The position numbers and the translations under genes were made by a program. Below are positions 17,131 to 26,973 of a stretch of DNA of 64,000 nucleotides, piece by piece (the first letter of the stretch is position 1; each line of letters opens with the position of its first letter). A model generated the notes under the pieces. It was given only the letters and a program-made list of their open reading frames with translations, did not search any database and had not been told where the DNA came from. Origin of the DNA: Alphaproteobacteria bacterium (GTDB taxonomy: Bacteria; Pseudomonadota; Alphaproteobacteria; SP197); contig OZ220705.1 in the NCBI GenBank assembly GCA_965116515.1, positions 4,381,113 through 4,445,112 on the forward strand. The letters run 5' to 3'.

Positions 17131-18948
17131 TCAGTGCGTTTCAGCCAGGATCGTCTTTCCTGTCGGAACGCGGGTTTCATCCACCATGGCCTGCATCTCG
17201 GCATCCGGTGCTTCGGTGATCAGCGAAACCACGACCATCGCCACCAGCGAGACCGGCATGCCGATCATGCCGAACCGGAGGTGATCGATCGACCACAGCT
17301 GGTCACCACCGTTGTAGACGTGGATGAGGTAGATCGTCCCCGCCGCAAAACCGGCAATCATGCCTGCGATCGCCCCTGGCCTGTTGGCGCGTTTCCACCA
17401 GATTCCCAGAACCAGCGGGAAGAACAGGCCCGAGCATGCGAAGCAGAAGGCCCATGCCACAGCCCCCAGAATGCCCGTGAGCTGCAACGACGCGATCAGG
17501 GCCGCAAGGACACCGATAACCACCAGGAGGACACGGGCGACAATCAGACGACGCTTCGTATCGGCCTTGGGATCGATGATCTTGTAGTAGAGATCGTGGC
17601 TCAGCGCGTTGGCGATCGCCAGCAGCAGACCGTCGGCGGTCGACATCGCTGCCGCCATGCCTCCGGCTGCCACAAGCCCCGAAATCACGTAGGGCAGACC
17701 GGCAATTTCCGGTGTTGCCAGCACGACGATGTCGGGCCTCATGAAGAACTCGTTGAGCTGGACGATGCCATCACCGTTCTGGTCGACGACCGAAAGCATG
17801 CCGACCGCTGTCCAGTTCTGGATCCACTCGAGATTGGTGACGTCGTCAATCGCCTTGCCGACCACTGCCGTTGCCAGATTCGGATCGAGAAGCTGGAGCT
17901 TTGTCAGGGTCGCCAGTGCCGGCGCCGTGAAGTAGAGCAGGAAGATGAAGAACAGGGACCAGCCCACCGACTTGCGCGCCTGACGCACCGACGGCGTCGT
18001 GAAGTAGCGCATGAGGATGTGCGGCAGGGAGGCCGTGCCCGCCATCATGCACAGGGCGAGAGTCACGAACTTCCATGAGTCGAGCCCGCCCTGCGGATCG
18101 AAGTGGGCCGTTGTCAGAACCTTCAGCCCCGCCACGCCTTGAGCCGCCGCCACAAGGCCGTATTCCGCCTCGAGTTCGGCAATACGCAATGCCGCGTCAC
18201 CATAGGTGAAGTGCGGGATGATGCCGAAGCCCTGGGCATTCGACATCCAGATCACGGGCACCAGATAGGCGATGATGAGGACGATGTACTGCGCCACCTG
18301 TGTCCAGGTCACGCCGCGCATGCCACCCAGCATCGAACACAGCAGGATGCCCAGAAGTCCGAACCACACACCGAATTCAAACGGTATGGCAAGGGCCCGG
18401 GCGGCAATCGTGCCGGTCGCGTTGATCTGTGCCGTCACATAGGTGAACGACGCGACCACGAGCACCAGCACGGCACAGAGCCGCGCCAGGTTGCCACCGT
18501 AACGTGTACCGATGAAGTCGGGCACCGTGTAGCAACCGAATTTCCTGAGATAGGGCGCCATCAGGGCGTTGACGAGCACGTATCCGCCCGTCCAGCCAAT
18601 GACAAACCCGAGATAGGGATAACCACCGAAGTAGATTCCTCCCGCCAGGGCGACAAACGACGCACCGGACATCCAGTCCGCTGCTGTCGCCATGCCGTTG
18701 TAGAATGCCGGAACTTCACGTCCGGCAACGTAGTAGGCATCGACCTGCATGGTTCGCGAGAGCCAGCCGATGGTGGCGTAGATCGCAATGGTGAACAGGA
18801 GGAAGAGGATGCCGATCAGCTGGGCGCTTGCACCAAGCTGCTCGACAATCGCCATCAGGGCAAAGAATCCCAGGAATCCAAGGGTGTAGATCCCGTAGAC
18901 CTTGCCCAGACGGTCGACAAAACGGGTTCCCTGTGTTTGATCGCTCAT
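17131..18948 (-). CDS. Sodium:solute symporter (SSS) family permease, ActP-like
   Basis: 605 aa, multi-TM, typical SSS N-terminus. Immediately preceded by a DUF4212-type small subunit. Confidence 0.9.
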   Translation of the reverse strand: MSDQTQGTRFVDRLGKVYGIYTLGFLGFFALMAIVEQLGASAQLIGILFLLFTIAIYATIGWLSRTMQVDAYYVAGREVPAFYNGMATAADWMSGASFVALAGGIYFGGYPYLGFVIGWTGGYVLVNALMAPYLRKFGCYTVPDFIGTRYGGNLARLCAVLVLVVASFTYVTAQINATGTIAARALAIPFEFGVWFGLLGILLCSMLGGMRGVTWTQVAQYIVLIIAYLVPVIWMSNAQGFGIIPHFTYGDAALRIAELEAEYGLVAAAQGVAGLKVLTTAHFDPQGGLDSWKFVTLALCMMAGTASLPHILMRYFTTPSVRQARKSVGWSLFFIFLLYFTAPALATLTKLQLLDPNLATAVVGKAIDDVTNLEWIQNWTAVGMLSVVDQNGDGIVQLNEFFMRPDIVVLATPEIAGLPYVISGLVAAGGMAAAMSTADGLLLAIANALSHDLYYKIIDPKADTKRRLIVARVLLVVIGVLAALIASLQLTGILGAVAWAFCFACSGLFFPLVLGIWWKRANRPGAIAGMIAGFAAGTIYLIHVYNGGDQLWSIDHLRFGMIGMPVSLVAMVVVSLITEAPDAEMQAMVDETRVPTGKTILAETH

Positions 18949-18958
18949 GACACCCTCC

Positions 18959-19213
18959 TCATTCGTCGCTCAGGCCGCATTCTTCATCAATGCGGTCCTG
19001 CAGGAAGTTGTGACCAACGATCAACAGAACGAACACGATGAGCGACCCCTGAACGATCATGTAGTAACCGAGCGGGAATCCCAGGAACGAACCGCCGTCG
19101 AGATCCTTGGCAAAGAACGGAAACACGTATCCGAACAGGAGCCAGATCGCGAGCACCCAGTAGGTCAGGCGCGACGTCTTGGCCCAATGTAGTCTTCTGT
19201 TATCCTGCGACAT
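18959..19213 (-). CDS. DUF4212-type small membrane subunit of solute:sodium symporter
   Basis: 84 aa with two TM helices. HWAKTSRLTYWVLAIWLLFGYVFPFFAKDL...FLGFPLGYYMIVQGSLIVFVLLI matches the family pattern. Confidence 0.8.
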   Translation of the reverse strand: MSQDNRRLHWAKTSRLTYWVLAIWLLFGYVFPFFAKDLDGGSFLGFPLGYYMIVQGSLIVFVLLIVGHNFLQDRIDEECGLSDE

Positions 19214-19308
19214 TCGCCGCCTCCTTCAACAGTTGGTGCCGTAGACCAGCCCCCGGCGCACGCGTCTATTGCCAGGAGGGGCATCTGAAACGGCTAGCGG
19301 GATTATGG

Positions 19309-20010
19309 ATGATGCTTTCACAATTTCAACAGGGAATGGTGCGCCTTTTGAAGGCCGGGGTGCCACTGGTGCCGTCGCTCCCCAGAATTCTGAAGATTCG
19401 CTTCGACCGCTCGAAGCTGCGGACAGTCGACAGCCTGGTGGAATTCATTCACACGAGGTCCTCATACATCGCGCAGACGTCGCTTCACGGATACCTCAAG
19501 ACCCGCATGGGCACGAGCTTCAGGGCATGGTTCGAGGACGAGGCCTTCTCCGACTCGATCCGAATCGCATCGGTCAGGGTTTTTCTTTCCTGCCTCGCCG
19601 ATCTCACTGTCTTTTCCGTGGCCACGGCAGCCCGGCAGACCGTCGTCGACGACGCCGTCCTGGAGGCGCTGGCGGGACACGCCTTCCGCCGGGCCGCCGT
19701 GGCAGGGCTGGCCGGTCAACCTGAACGCGACGACCTCGACGCGACATTCGATGCCTTTGACCGGCGGGCCCGCCTCGAGGACTGGCGGATCGCGGCCGAG
19801 GGTCGCAAGGCCTTCACCGGCAGCGAGGCGGACCTCGTCCGTCTTGCACCCGTCATTGACGAGTACCGGGAACTCGACCGCGAGATTGTGACCAATTCGA
19901 TCCGCTTTCGCTGGCGCGACGTCCGCGAGCAGATTCGCCGGCGCATGGATGGCGACGGGCTCTTCGAGGACTGGAAAGACCGGGTCGGGCGCGGAGCCAC
20001 CGGGTGCTGA
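19309..20010 (+). CDS. Hypothetical protein (233 aa), first gene of exonuclease/DUF294 operon
   Basis: GC3-rich ORF. Its stop overlaps the GTG start of the next gene by 7 nt. No motif recognised. Confidence 0.55.
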   Translation: MMLSQFQQGMVRLLKAGVPLVPSLPRILKIRFDRSKLRTVDSLVEFIHTRSSYIAQTSLHGYLKTRMGTSFRAWFEDEAFSDSIRIASVRVFLSCLADLTVFSVATAARQTVVDDAVLEALAGHAFRRAAVAGLAGQPERDDLDATFDAFDRRARLEDWRIAAEGRKAFTGSEADLVRLAPVIDEYRELDREIVTNSIRFRWRDVREQIRRRMDGDGLFEDWKDRVGRGATGC

Positions 20011-21359
20011 GGCAGCCGACGCGATTCTGGCAGGGCTTGACGCTGTGCCTGGTTTCAGCCTCTGGTGCGACACTGTGGCTCGCCGCACTCGCCTATTGGA
20101 CATCATGGCCACAACACGTGCCCCTGCGAGCACTCGCCATCGGTTCGGGAGTCCTGCTGGCCACAGGAGCCCTGTGGTTCGCCACCGGCCTGGTCCGCGG
20201 ACAGAGGAAGGACATCCAGCGTCTTCGCGGCAGCCTGCTGCTCGCCGGCGGGGAAGGACGGCGCTTCCTTGACCATGCCGACCGCATGGTCACCAACCGC
20301 GAACTGACGGCGCTCGCCGGCACCATCGACAGTGTTCTCGCCTCCCGGGAGCACCGGCGCCAGCTGACCGAACTGCGCCTGACAGGGATTCTGGCGGCGC
20401 TCCCCACCGGCGTGGTGGTCGTCACCCGCACCGGACTGGTCAGCCTGGTCAACAACGCCGCGCGGCACGCCTTTCCCTCCCACGCACTCAGCCCGGGAAC
20501 AAGCGTGTTCGCCGCCATCACACGCGAGAGTGTCCCGGAACCTGACCATCCGGACCCTGTCACCAGTGTCCGGTCCGTTGACGGTCGCGACATCCCCGCG
20601 CGCATCGCGACCCTTGGCGACCGGGGAGGCTGGGTGATGATTCTCGAGGCGCCGCCTGGGAATGGGGGCGTCCATGAACTCGATCACGATCTGGGGCTTC
20701 ACGACAGTCTTCCGCCATCTCCTCCGCCCGAAGAGACCACACCCCTTTCCGCACTGCCAGGCGTCGTCGTCGATTGCGAGACCACCGGACTCGATCCCGG
20801 ACAGGACCGGATCGTCTCCATCGGCGCCGTCAGGATCCATGGCGCCCGGGTCTATGCCCATGCCAATCTCGATACGCTGATCGATCCGGCAACGGCCATT
20901 CCAGGAGCCTCCACGGTCATTCACGGCATCGACGACGCCATGGTCCAGGGTGCACCCGGAATCAGGACCGGTCTTGGGTATCTGGAGGAGATCTCCGGCA
21001 GCTGCGTTGTCATCGGCCACAACATCGGTTTCGATCTCGCCGTTCTGGCTGCTGAAAGCCGGCGGTGCGGAAAGTCCTGGTCCGCCCCCTTCTCCCTGGA
21101 CACCGGCCACCTTGTCGCCGTTCTTGAGCCTGACCTCAAGACGCTGGATCTCGACTCCGTGTGCCGGCACTTTGACGTCGCCATCAGTGGCCGGCACACG
21201 GCACTCGGTGACGCGCTCTCCGCTGCCGAACTCTTCGCTCACATTGTGCCGCTGCTCGAGGACCGGGGTGTGACGACGCTGGGTGACGCCCTCGCCTTCA
21301 CCAGACGGGCGCGGCGCACCCGCTCCCGGCAGCGGTCCCTGAACTGGCAGGTTCCATGA
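20004..21359 (+). CDS. Membrane-anchored sensor-like protein with C-terminal DEDDh 3'-5' exonuclease (DnaQ/epsilon-like) domain
   Basis: Two N-terminal hydrophobic helices (LTLCLVSASGATLWLAALAYW, LAIGSGVLLATGALWFATGLV) and a PAS-like middle (LTGILAALPTGVVVVTRTGLVSLVNNAARHAF). Exo motifs VVVDCETTGLDP, GHNIGFDLAVL, HTALGDALSAAELF. Confidence 0.8.
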   Translation: MLRQPTRFWQGLTLCLVSASGATLWLAALAYWTSWPQHVPLRALAIGSGVLLATGALWFATGLVRGQRKDIQRLRGSLLLAGGEGRRFLDHADRMVTNRELTALAGTIDSVLASREHRRQLTELRLTGILAALPTGVVVVTRTGLVSLVNNAARHAFPSHALSPGTSVFAAITRESVPEPDHPDPVTSVRSVDGRDIPARIATLGDRGGWVMILEAPPGNGGVHELDHDLGLHDSLPPSPPPEETTPLSALPGVVVDCETTGLDPGQDRIVSIGAVRIHGARVYAHANLDTLIDPATAIPGASTVIHGIDDAMVQGAPGIRTGLGYLEEISGSCVVIGHNIGFDLAVLAAESRRCGKSWSAPFSLDTGHLVAVLEPDLKTLDLDSVCRHFDVAISGRHTALGDALSAAELFAHIVPLLEDRGVTTLGDALAFTRRARRTRSRQRSLNWQVP

Positions 21360-22768
21360 ACCACCGTCAGGTCGATACATGGCCCTGGCGCTTTCGCGTG
21401 CGCGACATCATGACTGTCGATCCCGTGTTCGTGGATTCCGGATGCCTGCTCGCCGACACTGCCTCGACGATGATCGACCGGCACATCTCGTCGGTCCTGG
21501 TCGACCGCGAGGGCCGGACTGGCGGCCCCGGAATCATCACTGAACGCGACGTCGTGCGGGCGGTGGCGAACCACGGTCAGGCCGCTCTCCGGCTGGCATC
21601 CGGTGACCTGATGTCAACGCCCCTGGTCTCCGTCATGGCTGACGAACCCGTCTGGGTGGCCCTTGGCCGCATGACGAGACTGTCCCTGCGCCATCTCGCC
21701 GTCACGGATTCGTCCGGTGCCGTGTGCGGCATCATGACCTCGAAGCTGCTGGTCCGGCACCAGGCGGGCGAAGCCCTTGTCATCAACGATGCACTTGAAG
21801 CCGCCTCCAGTGCGCCCGATCTTGCAGAAGTTCATGCCCGACTGGCGCCGATGGCCGGCGCTCTTCTCGACGAGGGCATGAGTGCCTCGCGCATTGCTTC
21901 TATGATCTCGAGCTTCTATCGCAAGCTCACTGCCCGCGCTGCCCGGCTCGCCTCGGCCGAAGAGCCCGAAGACGGCTGGGCCTTCTTCATTCTTGGTTCC
22001 GCAGGACGCGGTGAGTCCCTTCTCGCAGGCGATCAGGACAACGCCATCGTCAGCACCGGCGAGGTGGATGACGCCATCCTCCTGCGCATCGCGTCAAGGG
22101 CCTCGGATCTGCTGGACGCAGGAGGCCTCCCCTATTGCAAGGGCAAGGTCATGGCGTCCAATTCCGACTGGCGACGAACCATGGACGACTGGCAGAAGGC
22201 CATCGCCGGTTGGGCGACGCGCGCCGACGGGGCGAGCCTGCTCAATGTCGACATCTTCTTCGATCTGGTTCACGTGCATGGTGACCGCATGCTGACCGAC
22301 CGGCTGCGCAGTCTGGCACTGGAAACGGCCCGCACTCCGGTGCTGCCGCGAATGATGGCGGAGCAGTTGCAGACCTGGGTTTCGCCGCGCGGATTTCTGG
22401 GTGGCCTGAAGACGAAGGACGGTCGCCTCGATCTCAAGATCGGTGGCCTGTTTCCCCTGGTTGCCGGCGCCCGCGCCATGGCGCTGCGTCACGGCATAGA
22501 AGCCACCGGCACCGCCATGCGCCTGACGGCCCTGGCCGAGCTCGGCACAATCGCCAGGGCCGACCTGCTGGCATTCACTGACGCCCACGAGGTGTTTCTG
22601 GACCTCATGCTCAGACAGCAGGTCAGGGATCTCGAGGCCGGTGTAGCCGCCGGTCCGGGCATCGACGTGACGCAGCTTTCGCCCCGTCAGAAGCGCAACT
22701 TGCGACGGTGCCTTGGTGATGTCTCGCGCCTGCCAGGCCTCGTCCTCGACGTCACGGCGCGCGGCTGA
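21356..22768 (+). CDS. CBS-pair + DUF294 putative nucleotidyltransferase (with DUF294_C-like tail)
   Basis: Two CBS-like repeats (VRDIMTVDPVFV..., DLMSTPLVSV...HLAVTD) and the NTase motif FFILGSAGRGESLLAGDQDNAIV. ATGA overlap with the upstream gene. Confidence 0.85.
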   Translation: MNHRQVDTWPWRFRVRDIMTVDPVFVDSGCLLADTASTMIDRHISSVLVDREGRTGGPGIITERDVVRAVANHGQAALRLASGDLMSTPLVSVMADEPVWVALGRMTRLSLRHLAVTDSSGAVCGIMTSKLLVRHQAGEALVINDALEAASSAPDLAEVHARLAPMAGALLDEGMSASRIASMISSFYRKLTARAARLASAEEPEDGWAFFILGSAGRGESLLAGDQDNAIVSTGEVDDAILLRIASRASDLLDAGGLPYCKGKVMASNSDWRRTMDDWQKAIAGWATRADGASLLNVDIFFDLVHVHGDRMLTDRLRSLALETARTPVLPRMMAEQLQTWVSPRGFLGGLKTKDGRLDLKIGGLFPLVAGARAMALRHGIEATGTAMRLTALAELGTIARADLLAFTDAHEVFLDLMLRQQVRDLEAGVAAGPGIDVTQLSPRQKRNLRRCLGDVSRLPGLVLDVTARG

Positions 22769-22777
22769 TCCACCCGA

Positions 22778-23788
22778 TCATGGCGGTGGCCAAAGCGGGG
22801 CAAGGCGCATGACAGTGAAGGGGCCGATGGTCAATCGTCCGTGCTGCATTGAAAGGTCGACATCGAGGCGCCGCTGGCCGTCCACCGGCGGTCCGGCCAT
22901 GAAATCAAGTGCCGCAATGACGATGTCCGCCTGATCCTGACGCACCTCGCCTGCCTGCGCCAGGGCCATGATGATCTCGCGATAGCCGACGACTTCGAGA
23001 CGCAGGGCGCCAATGGGCCGATTGTCCCCGTCGAGCGCAAGGCGTCCCTCGCCCTGGGCCGCGACCGGCGGCCACTCGAGAACAAGATCACCCAGGTCCA
23101 CGTAACCGCCGGCACGCCGCCAGGCATCCACACGCTCCCTCGCGGTACCCTGGCGCGGCACGGCGCCCACCACACGCATCCGCGCCAGGCCTCTCTCCAC
23201 CCGCCCAGCGGATCCGTTCCCGATTGTCAGGTCCGTCATCTCCAGGAAGACATCCCGGTCATCCCCGTCACCACTGGGGGTCGAGACGACGTCCAGCATG
23301 CCGGCCTCGGCAAGAGCTGTTCCCTTGCCGGAGAACACCGTCACATCCTCGAGACCGATATTGATGGTGTCCACCCCACCGGAGGCAAGCCCGATTGCGG
23401 CGCGGCCATGATCCATGGAAATGCCGACGACATGACGGCGCGAAGGTGTCTCGACGACAAGATCCTGCCTGCGGGGCAGCACCAGTGACAGGCCGGCCAG
23501 GTTCAACGGATTGGTGATGATCACGAGTTCTGATGCATGCCAGGTGGCCTGTTCGCCGCCACGCCCCCAGACAACGGTCGGCTGCTGCGCGGTCATGCGC
23601 ATGGAAAAGGGAAAACCGCCCGCGTCGAGTCGTGTCCAGGAGGCGTGCCAGTCCTTCTCCGGAGACGGGGCCGCGGCCTCGTCCATGATGTCTTCAAGCC
23701 TGAGCGCGAGACCGTGCCAGGCAATCGTGTACGCGACCGCGAGAGCGACAATTGCCGCTGCGATCCACTTGATACGACGCCCGACCAC
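22778..23788 (-). CDS. DUF2125-like membrane-anchored protein
   Basis: N-terminal TM helix (WIAAAIVALAVAYTIAW) followed by ...W..LDAGGFPFSMRM..., resembling the alphaproteobacterial DUF2125 pattern. Family assignment is from memory. Confidence 0.6.
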   Translation of the reverse strand: MVGRRIKWIAAAIVALAVAYTIAWHGLALRLEDIMDEAAAPSPEKDWHASWTRLDAGGFPFSMRMTAQQPTVVWGRGGEQATWHASELVIITNPLNLAGLSLVLPRRQDLVVETPSRRHVVGISMDHGRAAIGLASGGVDTINIGLEDVTVFSGKGTALAEAGMLDVVSTPSGDGDDRDVFLEMTDLTIGNGSAGRVERGLARMRVVGAVPRQGTARERVDAWRRAGGYVDLGDLVLEWPPVAAQGEGRLALDGDNRPIGALRLEVVGYREIIMALAQAGEVRQDQADIVIAALDFMAGPPVDGQRRLDVDLSMQHGRLTIGPFTVMRLAPLWPPP

Positions 23789-23814
23789 AGATCACCGGTT
23801 CCGGTAGAGAAGGG

Positions 23815-26800
23815 TCACTCTGCCGCTTCCAGCGCTGCGCCTGCGCGACCGGAACGGCGCGCCTTGCGGGTCTGGCGCCAGGCGCCGACATTCTCGCGCA
23901 CCATCAGGGCACAGGGTGTGACAATGAGTGTCAGGATCGTGGCGAATGCCAGGCCGAACACGATGGCGCTCGCCAGCTGGACCCACCACTGGGTCGAGGG
24001 CGCTCCCACGCTGACCTCTCGGGTGACGAAATCGATGTTGACCTGCAGCACCATGGGCATGAGTCCGAGAATGGTCGTGATCATGGTGAGCAGCACCGGT
24101 CTCAGGCGCTGTGCCCCGGTCCGCAGAATGGCTTCGACGGGATCCCCGACCGTCCGGCGAAGCCTGTCAAAGGTGTCGATGAGAACGATGTTGTTGTTGA
24201 CCACGATGCCGGCGAGGGCAATGACGCCGATGCTCGACATGATCATGCCATAGGGCTTGCCGGTCACAAGGAGGCCGATCATGACCCCGACTGTCGACAT
24301 GATCACCGCGGAAAGGATGAGGAAAGCCGAATAGAAACTGTTGAACTGCGTGACGAGAATGATTGCCATCATGAAGAGAGCGACGATGAAGGCCTTGAGC
24401 AGGAACTCGGATGCCTCTTCCTGACGTTCATTGTCCCCCCGGAAATCAACTCCGACGCCGGGACCGAGTTCGACTGTGCCCAGCCATGCCTGCAGGTCAC
24501 GCACCAGGGAATCCGCCAGCACCCCTTCCTTGATATCAGCCGCGATGGTCATGACGCGTTCGCCGTCCACCCGCTGGATCCTGCCGACCCTTGGTCTGGC
24601 CGAGCGCTCCACAAAGTTCCTGATCGGCACGTGACCCAGAGGAGTCTGGATGCGGAGCTGGTCAAGCCCGTCAAGAGTGCGCATGCCTTCCGGGAACCGG
24701 ACCAGGACATCGATCTCTTCATTCGAATCATCGAGGCGCACCGTGGTGATGCGCAGCCCCCTGGTCACGAGCTGAATGATCGAGCCGACCGAGCCGATGT
24801 CCGCTCCGAACTTCGCCGCCTGGGTGCGATCGACAACGACCTCCCACTGAATTCCGGGAATCGGACGGCTGTCCTCGATTTCCTTCAGTCCATCCACCTC
24901 GTCGAGATGGTCGCGCAGGGTGGCAATCGCTTCTTCCAGCAGAACCGGATCGCTCGCGGACACCTGGATGTTGATCGGCTTCTCGGATCGCGGGCCCCGC
25001 CTCTGCCCACGTGATTCGACATGGATGCCGGCAAGGCTGGCGACTCTCTCGAGGACGTCCTCGAAAATGGACGACGCAGGACGTCTCAACGACCAGTCGA
25101 CGAGTTCCACGTTGACCGTTCCGATGGCGTCTTCGGCCCCCCGGGAATCCTCTCTTCCGCCTGAAGTCGCAAAGATCGTCTCGAACTCCTTCATGTCGAG
25201 CAAGCGGTCCTCGACTTCGCGAACCAGAACGTCCTTTTCCGCAGTGGAGAGGTTGCCCCTGGCATGAATCTGGAACGCTGCCCTTTCGGGTTCGATATCG
25301 GGAAAGAACTCGACACCCTTGCCATAGCGGGCGTAGGCGACCTGCACCCCGGCCAGCAACAGGACCGAGACAAGGAGAACCTTGACCGGGTGGCGCAGCA
25401 GGACGCGCAGGATCGCGAGATAAAGACCGGTAAAGCCACGCACACCATCGAGGCTGCTCCCCGAGTCCTCGGACAAGGCACGTGCCTGATCGCCGCCATG
25501 CCCGGTGCTCTTGCCAAACAACGATCCCAGGGTGGGCACGAAGATGAGCGCCATGGCAAGCGATGCGGAGAGAACAGCAATCAGGGTGATCGGCAGGTAC
25601 TTCATGAATTCGCCGACCATTCCCGTCCAGAACATGAGGGGAAAGAACGCCACGAGAGTTGTCAGGGTCGAAGCGGTGATCGGCCAGGCCATGCGGGAGG
25701 CGGCCGAAAAGTAGGCCTCGCGGCGACCGAGACCTTCGGACATCTTCCGGTCGGCATACTCGGTCACGACAATGGCGCCATCGACAAGCATGCCGACCGC
25801 GAGAATGAGGCTGAACAGCACGACGATGTTGAGAGTCAGGCCGGCGATCGCGAGAACCAGGATTCCGGTCAGGAACGATCCCGGTATGGCGACACCGACA
25901 AGCGCGGCCGATCGCCAGCCCAGACACCATACGATCACGATCATCACGAGAAGCACGGCTGTCAGCACATTGTTCTGCAGATCGGCCAGCATGAGCCGGA
26001 TGCCCTTCGACTGGTCCCTCGAGAAGGCGACCTTCACGCTCGACGGCCAGTCTGCGCTTGTTGCCGCCACGACAGCCCTCACCTTTTCGATGGTCTCGAT
26101 GATGTTCTCGCCGGTTCTCTTGGACACCTCGATGGTCAGCGCCGGCTCGCCCTTCACCCGTGCATGGACCCTGGCATCCTTGAATGTCCGCCTGACCTCT
26201 GCCAGCTCGCGGACACTGGTTGTCGCATCTCCCCTGATCTTGAGGGGCAGGCCCAGGAAGTCATCCACGTCGTCGATGAGCCCGGGGACCTTGATTGCGA
26301 ACTGTCCGGCGCCCGTATCCATCAGACCGACCGCCACCGGCCGGTTGGACCCACTGATGTCCCGCGCGATCTCGATGACATTGAGCCGGTAGCTCTCCAG
26401 GGTCACCGGGTCGACGATGACTTCGATCACCTCCTCGCGGTCCCCCTTGATGACGGCCTCAAGGACTTCACTCACCCCCTCGATGTTGTCCTTGAGTGTG
26501 CGGGCCAGACGCAACATGGTCCGTTCCGGCACGTTGCCCGAAAGGCTCACAACGAGTACGGGAAACAGCGACAGGTTGATCTCGTGCACGGTGGGATCGT
26601 CCGTGTCGTCAGGCAGGTCATGCCTGGCGATGTCGACCCTGGCCCGGACGTCCTCAAGGGCGGTATCGGGATCAAATCCCGCTTCGAATTCCAGAGTGAC
26701 GTTGGCGCCACCCTCAAACGCCGTCGACCTGACTTCCCTGACATTCTCGATACCGCGCAACTCCTGTTCCATGGGCTTGATCAGGAGACTGACCGCATCA

Positions 26801-26973
26801 TCCGGCGAAATTCCCTCGTGGTGCATCGACACGTAGATAATGGGGATATTGATGTCGGGATCGGACTCTTTCGGGATCGCGACGTAGACCGACACGCCGA
26901 CAACCAGGAGCAGTACGAGGGTGAGCAGGACCGTTCGGGGATGGTCGAGCGCGGTGTTGATAAGGGCGTTCAC
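23815..26973 (-). CDS. RND efflux transporter permease (AcrB/HAE family)
   Basis: 1052 aa, 12-TM architecture with two large periplasmic loops and a typical N-terminus ...HPRTVLLTLVLLLVVGVSVYVAIPKESDPDINIPIIYV. Confidence 0.95.
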   Translation of the reverse strand: MNALINTALDHPRTVLLTLVLLLVVGVSVYVAIPKESDPDINIPIIYVSMHHEGISPDDAVSLLIKPMEQELRGIENVREVRSTAFEGGANVTLEFEAGFDPDTALEDVRARVDIARHDLPDDTDDPTVHEINLSLFPVLVVSLSGNVPERTMLRLARTLKDNIEGVSEVLEAVIKGDREEVIEVIVDPVTLESYRLNVIEIARDISGSNRPVAVGLMDTGAGQFAIKVPGLIDDVDDFLGLPLKIRGDATTSVRELAEVRRTFKDARVHARVKGEPALTIEVSKRTGENIIETIEKVRAVVAATSADWPSSVKVAFSRDQSKGIRLMLADLQNNVLTAVLLVMIVIVWCLGWRSAALVGVAIPGSFLTGILVLAIAGLTLNIVVLFSLILAVGMLVDGAIVVTEYADRKMSEGLGRREAYFSAASRMAWPITASTLTTLVAFFPLMFWTGMVGEFMKYLPITLIAVLSASLAMALIFVPTLGSLFGKSTGHGGDQARALSEDSGSSLDGVRGFTGLYLAILRVLLRHPVKVLLVSVLLLAGVQVAYARYGKGVEFFPDIEPERAAFQIHARGNLSTAEKDVLVREVEDRLLDMKEFETIFATSGGREDSRGAEDAIGTVNVELVDWSLRRPASSIFEDVLERVASLAGIHVESRGQRRGPRSEKPINIQVSASDPVLLEEAIATLRDHLDEVDGLKEIEDSRPIPGIQWEVVVDRTQAAKFGADIGSVGSIIQLVTRGLRITTVRLDDSNEEIDVLVRFPEGMRTLDGLDQLRIQTPLGHVPIRNFVERSARPRVGRIQRVDGERVMTIAADIKEGVLADSLVRDLQAWLGTVELGPGVGVDFRGDNERQEEASEFLLKAFIVALFMMAIILVTQFNSFYSAFLILSAVIMSTVGVMIGLLVTGKPYGMIMSSIGVIALAGIVVNNNIVLIDTFDRLRRTVGDPVEAILRTGAQRLRPVLLTMITTILGLMPMVLQVNIDFVTREVSVGAPSTQWWVQLASAIVFGLAFATILTLIVTPCALMVRENVGAWRQTRKARRSGRAGAALEAAE

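Noticed and set aside
17134-19041. Plus-strand ORFs 17134-18078 and 18103-19041
   Set aside because: Antisense to the SSS symporter. Their highly charged, Arg/His/Asp-rich sequence is incompatible with a real protein at a membrane-protein locus.
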